This document shows, piece by piece, positions 1 to 12,800 of a stretch of 64,000 nt of DNA; the stretch's first letter is position 1; each line of letters starts with the position of its first letter. Made by a program: the position numbers and the translations under genes. Location: the NCBI RefSeq assembly GCF_009914755.1, contig NC_060947.1; one strand, written 5' to 3'. The notes beneath the pieces were generated by a model. That model was given only the letters and a program-made list of their open reading frames with translations, did no database searches and was not told the origin of the DNA. This stretch comes from the human T2T-CHM13v2.0 reference genome, Homo sapiens.

Positions 1-224
1 TTTATATCTTTCTGGTACTTGGAAGAAATGTGTACTTCTCATGCTATGTTGGGCACATGTCCATGCTGCTGCTGGTTGATGGAGCTTTAAGGGTTGGTTT
101 GGTTCCTACTACTTCAGGGTAGGTTCTCAAATTTATGGATCCAAGCAGTCACCATTATCAATTCTGATGGTGTCAAATTAATCAAAGGTGTAAAACAGTG
201 TCTCTCAGTCTTGGCTACACTTTA

Positions 225-3200
225 TTTTTTATTTTATTTTATTTTATTTTATTTTATTTTATTTTATTTTATTTTATTTTTTACCAACAGGAGATGCAGT
301 TTATTTACAAAAGCAGCCATGGGGGCAGAGGGAATACATAGCATTTACAGAGTTAGCTACCTGTACAGAATGAATTACATATGCAAAAATAAAAGTCTCA
401 AGATGACAGGACAGCGTAAGCTCCACTCCCCTCCCTCAATCACCCCAGCATGTGGTAATGCCAGGCCGGTGGCCCCTGAGTATGTGGGGGTGGGGGGGTG
501 GGAGTGATGCCTGGAAGGAAAAGCCACTGGCCATGGAAATTAGCACAGAATCATACCCCCAACCCCTCCCCCGCCCCCCCCCCCCCACACACACACTCAG
601 ACACATGATAGGATACAGACAAAGGGCAGATGACACCTAGCTGGGATGGGAAGGATAGGAATTGAAGTCTACACAGCCTGCTGTAAGAGGGAGGGGAGTG
701 GGAAGCTCCTAGCCACTGTTCAACTACATGGTAAGGGGGAATTCTTTTTTCCGAAGGAAAAGGGTTTGTTCCCTCAGGGTCCCTGCTGGAGCAAGCCCAT
801 TTCTTACCCAGCCTAGGCAGGGGACTCTGCCCTGAGGGTGGGCCAAGAAACAATGGGGAAGTTTATGTGGACAAACCAGTTCCCAAACTACTTCCCACTT
901 CTCCCTCCTCTAACCAGAAGGGGGAAAAAGAGGAAAGAGGAGAGAAAAGGGTGTATTATGGCCTGAGTTGCAGCTGCCTTTCAGAAGGGAGAGTAACCCA
1001 TAGCCTTCCTCCCTTCACCTTCAGCCTACTCCCAAGACTGCATCTGGAAGGAGGCTGGAGGGCTGGTGAGATTCTCCTCTATCTCTGGCCTCCCTGGGAG
1101 GTAGAAGGCTATGGGGCCAAGAACAGAGGAGCCCAGGCCCCAGGATTTATTCTAACTTCCGCTAAAATCTGTTTTTTAAAAAATAATCACAATTTGTGGG
1201 TAAAAAACTGATTTGTAACCAGGCATCAGACACCATCAGAATCACCCTAGGGGGACAGTGGGGTTCCAAACAGGGCGCTGTAGCCCCATCTCTGTTGTTC
1301 CCTTAACCCTCTAGGATCCCTAACCTGATCAGTCCAACCAATCCTGGGTACTAACTACCCAAATGTAGGATGACTCCTCTTGGGAAGAGGGCAGGGGACA
1401 TGTCCAGCAAGTGCCAGAGAACTTGGCTCAGGATCACCTCTACCCATGTCAGTCAGCTCTGCTCTCAGCCCAGGTTGTGGTCCTCCAGCTTGGCTCCTGG
1501 GAGTAGTGGTGCCCGCATAGAGGGGGGATGGAATATCTCTTCAGGATGTAGACAAGGCAGGTGGGCACACTGGCATTTGACAGTCCCACAGAAGGGCAAT
1601 GATACCCCTTCCCCTCCACTGACAACCCAGAACACAGAGGCCACCCTCTCTTCCCACATAACTCCTAGCAAAGGGGGAAGAGGCACGAGATTAAGATTTT
1701 CCTCAGAGTCTCAAACCACAAGTACAGAATAAACAACTTAAAAGCACTAAGGAAGAGAAATGGGGGGCTTTCGAGGCAGGAGCACTGAGATAGGAAGACA
1801 AGCCAGTCAAGGTGAAGCGGGTTGGCAAGCAGCAGTTGGGGACTTGGGCTGCCCTGGTAGGGCAGTGGGGCAGGGTGGGTAGGAGGAACACAGGGCCACC
1901 CCAGGAGAGTGAGGCTGGGCCCCTTCCTGGGGCAGGGAATGAGGTAAGAAAACATTGCAAATAAAGCAACACAGTTCCCTCTCACCTTGGGGCAGCACTC
2001 CTCACCAGCCCTGGGTCTGGGAGGAGAGTCATGGGGAATAATTCTGACACAGCTCCCTCTTCATATCCTCTGTTTCCCATTCCTTGAAGCTGTAGAGGCT
2101 GGAGGCCCTTTCTTGACACCCAACAACAAAAGGACAGCTCCTGCTGCCAAGGAAGCCCATGGGGACTAAGGGGAAAGGGCTGTCCCTGTGAAGGGAGGGT
2201 AAGGTGGTGGCAATTCCGGATGCTCACCTCAGCAGAGAGTACTCTGTGCCTGCCCACCCCTGGGACTGGGGACATTTGATAGGACTCTTCTCACAGACAG
2301 GGCATGCCCATCCTTGCCCCTCAGCTCCAAGTACTGGATCCATTCACATTGCTGAGGGCAACGAGGGCAGGCCCCCTCCAGGCTCAGCTTCCAACCCACA
2401 GCCTCCCGGGCCACTACATTGCTCCTCAGCAGGGCTTAGTCCAGTTCCTATGGTGGGAGATAGGCAGTGCCCTGGCACAGTGCCCAGTTCAGGCCCCTGG
2501 CCTAGCTGGACATTCAGTAACTCACAGAATAAATAGAAAAACCGCCTCCCCACCACACTTATGTCCAAAGCATCATATGTCCAGGTCTGAGTCCTGCATG
2601 CCGAGGAGTTGTGCTCCATTGTAGAGGACCTTGACATCCCCCAGGGGCACATAATCAGATCCTCTGCCTGCCTGGCCCACCGAGTTTCCCAAGCCCCAAC
2701 CCCCAGCAGCCATCCATTTGCCAGGCTATGGCACCTGGGTGGGGATCAGGAGAGAGGGCTCTGCTCAGCCAAAGGCTATCTCTTGCACTGAAGTCAGTTG
2801 ATGTCATCATAGATGCTGGCCGTCGGGGGTATCGGTAGCTTTGGCTTCTTCCTGTTGGAGCCCAGGTCGGAGGAAGTCCCTACCAGGCTCAGATGGGATT
2901 TCTTTTTCTTGGTTTTCTGTGTCTCAGAGCTGTTGGTACCTAGACCCCATCCCTGATTTTCGCTCGTCTTGGGGGAGCCTGAATCACAGGGTGAGAGATC
3001 AGAGGAGCAGACCCACTGAAGCTGGCTGATCAGGGCCTGGCTGTCAGTCATGTCAAAGCTGTCATTATCCTGGGAGCTCTCCACCTCTGGATGGACAGCT
3101 GAGGCCCTGAAGAAATACATCTGCAAGGTTCACTTCTGCTCAACTGTGTGCTGTGGGCAGTGCAGGGACTTTGTGCACATCTTCTTGGTATCTTCAGAAA

Positions 3201-4122
3201 TCATCCTACATTGCATGCTTAGCAGGATATGAAGCTCCTCTGGCCCCAGGTTTCGTAGCTGATCCCAGTTGAGTTGTTATACTTACAAAAAATCAAATCA
3301 CAAAGTTCCCCATTTTTGTGTTTCAAAGACTCAGATCTTCGAGGGGAATCGGGGTTCTTGCCTGATTTTCTCTTCTTGGCTTTATTCTCTGAGCCATAGG
3401 ACCAGTCATTGTCATTGATGTCATCATTATCCTCTTGGTCACTCTCAGACTTGCCCATATTGTTGCTATTGGCAATCCAGTGGATGGCGATTCGGCCGCT
3501 ATTCCCACCCATTCCCAGGCACCTATCCAGATGGGGAGCAAAACGGGAGGCAGGAATGCTACAGTTGCAGTTGGGGCAAACACACTCTTTGCTCTTCCAC
3601 TGGTTGAAAACCAATATCCTTCATGCTATTAGGGTCTGTGTCATCCAGAAAGAGGTAGCCACACATGACAGCCTGGTGTACCTCAAAGCAGAATCCCGAA
3701 CAAGAATTCTAGACTAGGTCCGCTTATATCTCCCGAGCTATGGCCTCTAGTTTGCTGTTATTCAGGCCAGACAAAGACATTTCCTCCATTTTCTTTTGTA
3801 AACTCTTGTGGAGAGGGCGCTCTGACTGTTGATAGCACAGCAGGCGGGCGGGGGTGGGGGGTGAAGGAGGGATGGGGAGTGGGGAGAAGGAGAGGGGTGG
3901 TCAGGTAGCCTCTCAGGGAAGCATTCTCTGGGGGTGGCTGCTCAAGAACCCTATGTCCTTTGGTCCATTCTCACCTCTCCCTGGGGCCCGAGGCCCAGCT
4001 GGGGGTTTGGCCTCCTTTCTGCCTCACCACCTCACCGGGCAGCCATGGCCTCTTCCCCTCCCTTCTTATCCAATCACCGCCTCCTCCTCACCTACCCCGT
4101 CCCCGCACAGTCCTCTGGGCCA
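225..4122 (-). pseudogene. ATXN7L3P1: ATXN7L3 processed pseudogene (probably ATXN7L3P1)
   Basis: Intronless ATXN7L3-like CDS 3795->2794 (first ATG mutated to AAG; early TAA/TAG; Sgf11 finger ECVCPNC; ends SIYDDIN*). About 2.5 kb 3'UTR, AATAAA at 300-305, decayed poly(A) as (TTTTA)n 221-282. 16-bp TSD TCTTGGCTACACTTTA at 209-224 and 4123-4138. P1 suffix is from memory of the Xq12 annotation. Confidence 0.95.
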
Positions 4123-4245
4123 TCTTGGCTACACTTTAGAGTCACCTGGAAAACTTTTAAAAGTTCAAATATCCAGATATTACCTCAGACAAATTAAATC
4201 AAAGTCTTTAGGAGTAGGTCCCGGACATCAGTATTCTTAGAGCTC

Positions 4246-4586
4246 TGTATTAGTCTGTTCTCATGCTGCTAACAAAGACCTACCTGAGACTGGGTACTTT
4301 ATAAAGGAAAGGGGTTTAATTAACTCACAGTTCCACATGGCTGGGGAGGCCTCACAATCATGGTGGAAGGCAAAGGAGAAGCAAAGGCACGTCTTACACA
4401 GCAGCAGGCAAGAGGGCATATGCAGGGGAATTCCCTTTTATAAAACCATCAGACCTCATGAGACTTATTCACTATCAGGAGGACAGTACAGACCTGCCCC
4501 CATGATTCAATTACCTCCCACAACGCTTGGGGATTATTACAATTCGAGGTGAGATTTGGGTGGGGACACAGAGCCAAACCATATCA
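4246..4586 (-). mobile_element. THE1 (MaLR) solo LTR
   Basis: Minus strand begins TGATATGGTTTGGCTCTGTGTCCCCACCCAAATCTCA and ends CTAATACA; 5-bp TSD AGCTC/AGCCC. Confidence 0.9.
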
Positions 4587-5530
4587 AGCCCGCCATCTGA
4601 TTTCAATGTGCAGCCAAGGTTAAGAACCACCTAGATGCCATTTGAGTTACTGTGATGAGAGATATAACTAGCAACATTTGCAGAAATTACCATTTCTTCT
4701 TCCTTTCCGCTTGTTGGTATGGGCATACGTAATATTATTCTGGGAAATCAAACTTAAATACTATCCTTGATGAGTGTGTGATCAAATGTAGGGTCAGGGA
4801 CTCGCCAGGCATAGGAAGAATTCTTATGATTTGAAACAGTGCCTAAATGGGATAAAGGGTAAGGAGAGAGCCTGAAATTAGATAACAGATACAAAATACC
4901 CTCCCACCCCAGCAGGCCCTATTATTTGGACGTAATACTATCCAGTATTCAAAGGGAAACCATCATATTACTTGATTCTTTGATAAGTTTCCTACCCTAT
5001 GAATTCCTTCTGTTATTTATTTTTTTAATGGGAACCAATGTTACCTAAAGTTTTATTTTAATAAATTTAATGTTATAGGCAACTTTGTTGGAATCTATAC
5101 ATCTCATAAAACAAGCAATAAATATATTTATTAGGCTAAGATAAAAAAACATTAGAATGGGAAATGTCTGGCAATATTCCGATTGAGTTGTCACTTTTGC
5201 AGGTCAGCACAGCAGTGTGGAACAAATATGTATATATATTTAAAGAAAGAAATTAGTATTGGAAGACTGGAAAAAATATGAAATTGTTAATAGAATTTCA
5301 GTTATACAAACAAAGGTAGACTGTTTTGTCTAGCCTGCACATGGCTTCCAAAATAAAATAGGTTCAGGCTCTCCAAAAGGATAGGTTCAGGCTCTCTAGA
5401 AGAAGTACAATAGACTCTTGCTTTATTTCAGGCACTTGCCTTAGGCATATTTCTTGGTTCTAAGTGGAATAATCCAAAATGAGCATCTGTCTTAGAAATT
5501 TCATTGATGGAGAGGCATTTCTTTGTCTCA

Positions 5531-5845
<315 letters not shown>

Positions 5846-5914
5846 GGTAGTTTTATCCAACCACTATGAAATGTTTCCCTCTACTCAACAGATAGTTGAT
5901 TGATCATTTATCCA

Positions 5915-6225
5915 TTTTTTCATTCAATAAACATATATTGAGGGACTGACTACTATGTTCTAGGCACTGATGATACAAAAGTAGAAAAGGGAACACGACA
6001 AAATACTTGCTCTTTGAACTTACAGTCTGGTTAAGAAGAACTGACAATGAATAAGTAAATCTCCTTTTTCACCTTTTCTCTTTGCACTTAAAACAATTAT
6101 ATATTTGTGTTGACTCCTTTTAGAGACTAAAATTCATGAGGTATGGGACCCTGTTATGTTCACCACTATATTTCCAGTTCTTGGTGCAGAGTAGGCACTC
6201 AACAAATATTTGTTAAATGAAAGAA
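5915..6225. mobile_element. L2 3'-end fragments in both orientations
   Basis: cattcaataaacatatattgag... and ...gtaggcactcaacaaatatttgttaaatgaa, typical L2 termini. Confidence 0.6.
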
Positions 6226-8114
6226 CTCAGAGCAATAGAAAAGCAAATGGTGGTTTGTTACATTTTGAGTTCTTGAGTTTTACTACTTTCTTCATTGTAC
6301 TCTGTCTTGGACAATAGCTCAACAGTCAAGCAGTCAGCAAAGACTAATTTTTGCCTAAAGAGCTTGTGTCTTGGAAAAGGCATGGAGATCTTCCTCCATT
6401 GTTCTAAAATCACATCTACCAGTACTCATTTCTGAAGGGCAGTGCCATGAGCACAGGCAAAGTAAAATGAGCTAAAGCATTTGTTTGAAAGCTTTCCATT
6501 TTATGAGATGAATTCTTTCATAATTTTGAATTATAGGGGCAGCTGTTAGTAGCTTCCTAGTCTTCACTAAGAAAGTTGGTTAATAATATATTTTATTTAT
6601 ACTTTTCAGAATGTACATAGTGTTTCTAATTTGGGGGAAGTTACAGCCCACTGCATAACTGAGTTTTTGTCCAATGGATTATTTTACCTTTTCTCAGACA
6701 TATGCCCAGATAAGAACGTCCATGAAAGACGTTGGTACTTGCTTGGCTTAGGAGAAGGGACCATGGCTCTTCAGGGGAGAAGAGAAGCAAGGCTTACATT
6801 ATTGAAACTTACTTAGTGATCTGGCACCAGGACGATTTACCCAGATTACTTTGTGGTGGTCATACCATTCAGCACCGTGATTGCTTTTTCTTCTATAGGC
6901 TGTCTAAAGCAATGTAGTGATAGGATTTGGAAAAAAATATTTCCCAAGGAAAAGCCAAGGTTTAATATTCACTTGGTAAACATTAAGACTCCTCAGTCAT
7001 TTGGTTTGAGGCTAGTAGCAAATTATGCTGATTATTTCATTACCTTTTTAGTATGGGCTGTGGGCCCTAGGAAAACACAGAACATTTGGTAGACTTATAA
7101 ATGTTTGATTCTTAAAGCTATCCAAACTACAGTCTGATTATTTATATAGCATGGCAGTTTGATATCATTTTACTCCTCAGATCTTCTTGACTGCTTTCTA
7201 CTGATACAGATCTAACTAACTGTCCCAAGAAACCCTGGAATGATGTAACTCATTTGCTATATCAAGTCCTCCTGAACTATGGACTTAGAGATACCACCTT
7301 AGTTGGCCTAATTCATCCACCTCTTTGATCCTATTTGTAGCTCCTGCTCCAGCTATGCTATTCTCACCTTTAGTGCTTTCTCTGTTATGTCTTTAAAACT
7401 CTCCACAGCCTTTAAAGGCTAAGTTTAATGTCTACTTCTCTGGTTATCATAGAACTACCTATAAATCCAGATCACTTTTGCTCATGCTACTTTGTGATAC
7501 ATATGACTCTGTGATGTTTTTACCATAAAACCACAGGGCACTCAGTCTAGGAGATTTTTTCTGAAGTGCAAAAAATAATTAAAACACAAGTTCATACATA
7601 TGTCTGTTTTACAGTCTCTATACCTACATGAACATGTGATCTAGAAGCTGTATTCCTTTTTTTTCACAGGGTCCAGTCTACCCAAAAGAAGAGGACCCTA
7701 TGAAATGCATGCTAAGTTCTTTGTTAACTTTATGTAACATGTTGAAGCAACACTGTAGTGACAACATAGTTCTTTCAATTTTTGAAGTATGCTAGGTTCA
7801 TTCCTGCATATCAAAAGCTCAGTCCTGGGTAAATTGAAGCCTGGACTTTCTTGAGAATTTTAAACATTGTGTAAACATTATATTTAAGTGAATGTGTTTT
7901 TTATAAGATATACTGACTGAAAGCAATGACAAAATCCTTCCTTTCCTTTGAAGTTTATTGGAGAGGCTATGGAAGCACATGTAGAACTTCGTGAAATAAA
8001 AGGAGAATAAAATGAGTAAACATGTAAGGGGAGTTTAGCAGGTGGAAGTAAAAGAGTGGGGAAGCAGTACAAACTGATCTCTTTGAAAACAGCTTGAAGT
8101 TTTGTATTCATTTT

Positions 8115-11100
8115 ATGTTATTTAATTTTAATTCTTATCTTTTAAAGTTTTTTTTCCATAAGTTATTGGGGTACAGGTGGTATTTGGTTACATGAGTAAG
8201 TTCTTTAGTGGTGATTTGTGAGATTTTGGTGCACCCATCACCTGAGCAGTATACATTGATCATGGTGGATTATCTTTTGGATATGTTGCTGGATTCGGTC
8301 AGCTAGTATTTTGTTAAGGATTTTAGCATCTATGTTCATCAAGAATATCGGTCTGTAGTTTTCTTTTTTGGTTATGTCCCTTCCTGGTTTTGGTATTAGG
8401 GTGATGCTGGCTTCATAGAACGAATTAAGGAGAGTTCCTTCTTTCTCTATCTTGTGAAATAGTGTCAAAAGATTTGGTACCAATTATTTGAATGTCTGGT
8501 AGAATTCTGCTGTGAGTCTGTCTGGTCCTGGATTTCTGTTTGTTGGTAATTTTTAAATTACCATTTCAATCTCTTTGCTTGTTATTGGTCTGTTCAGGGT
8601 ATCTAATTCTTCCTGATTTAAGGTAGTATGGTTGTATTTTTACAGGAATTTATCCACCTGTTCTGAGTTTTCTAGTTTATGTGCATAAAGGTGTTCATAG
8701 TAGCCTTGAACAATCTTTTGTATTGTCAGCTGTAATATCTCCTGTTTCGTTTCTTAATGAGGTTATTTGGATTTTCTCTCTACTTTTCTTGGTTAATCTT
8801 GCTAATGGTCTATCAATTTTATTTATCTTTTCAAAGAACCAGCTTTTTTGTTTCATTTATCTTTTGTATTTTTTTTTGTTTCAATTTCCTTTAGTTCAGC
8901 TCTGAACTTGCTTATTTCCTTTCTTCTGCTGGGTTTGGGTTTGGTTTGTTCTTGTTTCTCTAGTTCCTTGAGGTGTGACCTTAGAATGTCAGTTTGTGCT
9001 CTTTTGGTCTTTTTGATACAGGCATTTAGGGCGATAAACTTTCCTCTTAGCACCAACTTTGATGTATCCCAGAAATTTTGATAGGTTGTGTCATTATTGT
9101 CATTCAGCTTGAAGAATTTTTTAATTTTCATCTTCATTTCGTCTTTGAACCAATGCTCATTCAGGATCAGATTATTTAATTTCCATAGTTTTGAAGGTTC
9201 CTTTTGGAGTTGATTTGCAGTTTTATTCCACTGTGATCTGAGAGACTGCTTGATATAATTTGAATTTTCTTAAATTTATTAAGCCTTGTTTTATGGCCTA
9301 TCATATGGTCTATCTTGGAGAAAGTTCCATGCACTGTTGAATAGAATGTGTAATCTGTGGTTGTTGAATGAAATGTTCTGTATATATCTGTTAATTCTAT
9401 TTGTTCCAAGGTATAGTTTAAATCCATTGTTTCTTTGTTGACTTTCTGTCTTGATGACCTGTTTAGTGCTGTCAGTGCAGTATTAAAGTCCCCCACCATT
9501 ATGGTGTTGCTATCTATCTCATTTCTTAGGTCTATTAGTAATTGTTTCATAAATTTGGGAGCTCCAGTGTTAGGTGCATAGATGTTTAGGATTGTGGTAT
9601 TTTTTCTTTTGGTCAAGGCCTTTTATCATTATACAATGTCTCTCTTTGTCTCTCTTAACTGCTGTTACTTAAAAGTTTGTTTTGTCTGATATAAGAATAG
9701 CTACCCCTGCTCACTTTTGGTGCCCATTTTCATGAAATGCCTTTTTCCACCCCTTTATTTTAAGTTTATGTGAGTCCTTATGTGTTAGGTGTGTCTCTAG
9801 AAGCCAGCAAATAGTTGGCTGGTGAGTTCTTATCCATTCAGCAGTTCTGTATTTTTTTAAGTGGATCATTTAGGCCATTTACATTCAATGTTAGTATTGA
9901 GATGCAAGGTACCATTGCATTCATCATGCTATTTGTTGCCTGTGTACTTTGGTTTTTTGTTCATTGTTTTTGCTTTTTAACTTGTATTTTTGCTTAATAG
10001 GTCTTATGTGATTTATGCTTTAAAGAGGTTCTGTTTTGATGTGTTTCCAAGATTGGTTTGAAGATTTAGAGCTCCTTTTAGCAGCTCTTGTAGTGGTGGC
10101 TTGGTAGTGGCAAATTCTCTCAGCATTTGTTTGTCTGAAAAAGGCTGTATCTTTCCTTCATATATGATGCTTAGTTTCACTGTGTACAAAATTCTTGGCT
10201 GATAATTGTTTTGTTTGAGGAGGCTGAAGACAGGGTCCCAATCCCTTCTAGCTTGTAGAAATCTGCTGTTAATCTGATAGGTTTTCCTTCACAAGTTACC
10301 TGGTGCTTCTGTCTCACAGCTCTTAAGATTCTTTCCTTCTTTGTCTTAACTTTAGCTAACCTGATGACAATGTGCCTAGGTGATGATATTTTTGCAATGA
10401 ATTTTCCAGGTGTTCTTTGTGCTTCTTGTTTTCGGATGTCTAGGTCTCTAGCAAGGCCAGGGAATCTTTCCTCAATTATTCTCCCAAATATGTTTTCCAA
10501 GCTTTTAGAATTCTCTTCTTCCTCAGGAACACTGAGCATTCTTAGTTTTGATTGTTTAGCAAAATCCCAGACTTTTTGGAGGCTTTGTTCATATTTTCTT
10601 ATTCTTTTTTCTTTGTCTTTGTTGGATTGTGTTAATTTGAAGACCTTGTCTTCGAACTCTGAATTCCTTTCTTCTAGTTGTACAATTCTATTGCTGAGAC
10701 TTTCCAGACCATTTTGCATTTCTGTTAGTGTGTTCAATGTTTTCTGAATTTTTTGTTTTTCTTTAAGCTGTCTATTTCCTTGAACATTTCTCCCTTTAAT
10801 TCTTGTGCTATTTTTTTTGTATTTCCTTGCATTGGGCTTTGCCTTTCTCTGCTGCCTCTCTGACTAGCCTAATAACTAACCTCCCGAATTTTTTTTTTCT
10901 GGTAAATCAGGGATTTCTTCTTGGTTTGGATCCATTGCTGGTAAACTAGTGTGATTTTTTTGGGGGGTGTTGAAGAGTCTTGTTTTGTCATATTACCAGA
11001 GTTGGTTTTCTGGTTCCTTCTCATTTGGGTAGGCTTTGTCAGAGGGAAGGTCTAGGGCTTAAGGCTGTTGTTCAGATTCTTTTGTTCCATGGAGTGTGTT

Positions 11101-12434
11101 TTTGATGTAGTACTCTCCCCCTTTTCCTATGGATGTGGCTTTCTGTGAGCCAAACTACAGTGATTGTTGTCTGTCTTCTGGGTCTTTCAACCCAGCAAGT
11201 CTACCTGGCTCTGGGCTGGTACTGGGGGTTGTCTGCATAGAGTCCTGTGATGTGAACCATCTATGGGTCTCTCAGCCATGGATACCAGTGCCTGCTCTGG
11301 TGGAGGTGGCAGGGGGGTGCAATGGACTCCATGAACGTTCTTAGGTTTGGTGGTTTAATGCTCTATTATTGTGCTGGTTGTCCTTCAGCCGGGAGGTGGC
11401 ACTTTCCAGAGAGCATCAGCAAGGGAACCAGCCTCGAGGGGGGAGCCTAGAATTCCGAAGATTATATGCCCTTTGTCTTTAGCTACCAGGGTGTGTAGGG
11501 AAAGACGATTAGATGGGGGCAGGGTTAGGCACTTCTGAGCTCAGACTCTCCTTGGGCTGGTCTTACTGTGGCCCTGTGGGCGATGGGGATGAGGCTCCCA
11601 GGTCAATGGAGTTGTGTACATAGGAGGATTATGGCTGCTTCTGCTGACTCATGCAAGTTGACACAGAAGTGGGGGAAAGCTCATAGTCACAGTCCTCACC
11701 CAGCTCCCATGCAAACCAAAGGGCTGGTCTCACTCCCACCGTGCCCCCTCTAGCAACCCCAAGTCTGTTTCCAGGCGGTGGGTGAGCCAGGCACTTGCCC
11801 CAGGCTACCCACCTCCCAGCTACAAAAGAAAAGGGCTTGGTTCTTCCTCCACCTGTGGAGTCTGCACACCGGATTCACACCCTTCCCTGAGTTCTGGCCA
11901 GGAGGTTTCTCGCCCTATCCAAATTGTTATGAAGTTCAGCTGGAGATTTCCTTCTCCTTGTGGTGTTTTCCTCACCATCTGGTCCCGCTCCTCTGGCCAC
12001 CCTCCCGATGGATCCCTGTGGTCCCAGGCAGGAATGGCCTGCTTGGGGACCCAGCAAGCTCCCAGAGCCTTTGTGCTGCTTCCTCTACCCCTGTATTTTG
12101 CTTGGATCTCTAAATTGACTCAGCTCCAGGTAAGGTCAGAAACTTCTTTCGAAAACAGACATTCCATTTCTCCAGGGGTGTGTGTTTGGGAGAGGAGGTT
12201 CCCCCTTTCCCACTTCTGCCTTTGGGGGACTCACAATATTTGGGGTGTCTCCCAGGTCCTGCAGGAACAGTCTGCTTCCTTCAGCAGATCTGTGGCTCCT
12301 TTGGGATTGCTGTTTTATTCTTTCAGTCAATCTGGAGCTAAAATTCACAATGCGAGCCTTTGCACACTGCTCTGTCCGTCAGAGTCTGAACTGCAATCTA
12401 GTCCTTCCTCCCATCTGCCATGATGATCTATACC
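8115..12434 (-). mobile_element. L1PB with long 5'UTR, ORF1 and ORF2 endonuclease region; RT half removed at a GT-AG junction (8255/8256)
   Basis: Track ORFs 10177..10737 (ORF1), 9176..9616 (EN) and 8238..8483; L1PB 3' end ttccataagttattggggtacagg; 13-bp TSD TTGTATTCATTTT at 8102-8114 and 12435-12447. Confidence 0.92.
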
Positions 12435-12489
12435 TTGTATTCATTTTCAAAACTTAAAATCTTGCACATTTGCAAGTATTCCCTATACT

Positions 12490-12584
12490 AAATAAGTGTA
12501 TTCTATGATGTTCAAACAATGACAAAATAGCTTAACAATGGATTTCTCAGAATGTATCCCTGTTGTTAAGTGACACGTGACTAT
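12490..12584 (+). mobile_element. Tigger4-like DNA transposon end
   Basis: ttctcagaatgtatccctgttgttaagtgacacgtgacta resembles the Tigger4/Zombi terminus. Confidence 0.6.
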
Positions 12585-12594
12585 TAACAAAAAA

Positions 12595-12800
12595 CTTTCT
12601 TTCCTTCCTTCCTTCATTCTTTCTTTCCTTCTCTTTCTTTCTTTCTTTCCTTTCTTTTCTTTCTTTCTTTTTTGCTTTTTGTTTTTTTTGAGGTAGGCGT
12701 CTTCTTATGTTGCCCAGGTTCCTCTTGAGCTCCTGGACTCAAGTGATCCTCCTGCTTCAGCCTCTTAAGTAGCTTGGATTGCAAGTGTGAGCCACTACTG
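12595..12800 (-). mobile_element. Alu monomer (FLAM-like) with (CTTT)n-decayed tail
   Basis: gttgcccagg...ctcctggactcaagtgatcctcctgcttcagcctc...gtgagccact preceded by a CT-rich tract. Confidence 0.75.

Larger units (their letters stand above)
196..4632. mobile_element. MER5-like hAT-Charlie DNA transposon in three pieces (196-224, 4139-4245, 4587-4632)
   Basis: cagtgtctctcagtcttggctacactttagagtcacctgg...tgtgcagccaaggttaagaaccac resembles MER5A/B; interrupted by the ATXN7L3 retrocopy and a THE1 LTR. Confidence 0.7.

Noticed and set aside
94-2791. Cluster of short overlapping ORFs
   Set aside because: They lie in or beside the GC-rich 3'UTR of the ATXN7L3 retrocopy, with no recognisable domains.
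6813-6903. 91-nt segment with ttag| and |gtaagt signals on the minus strand
   Set aside because: No recognisable product; such site pairs arise by chance.
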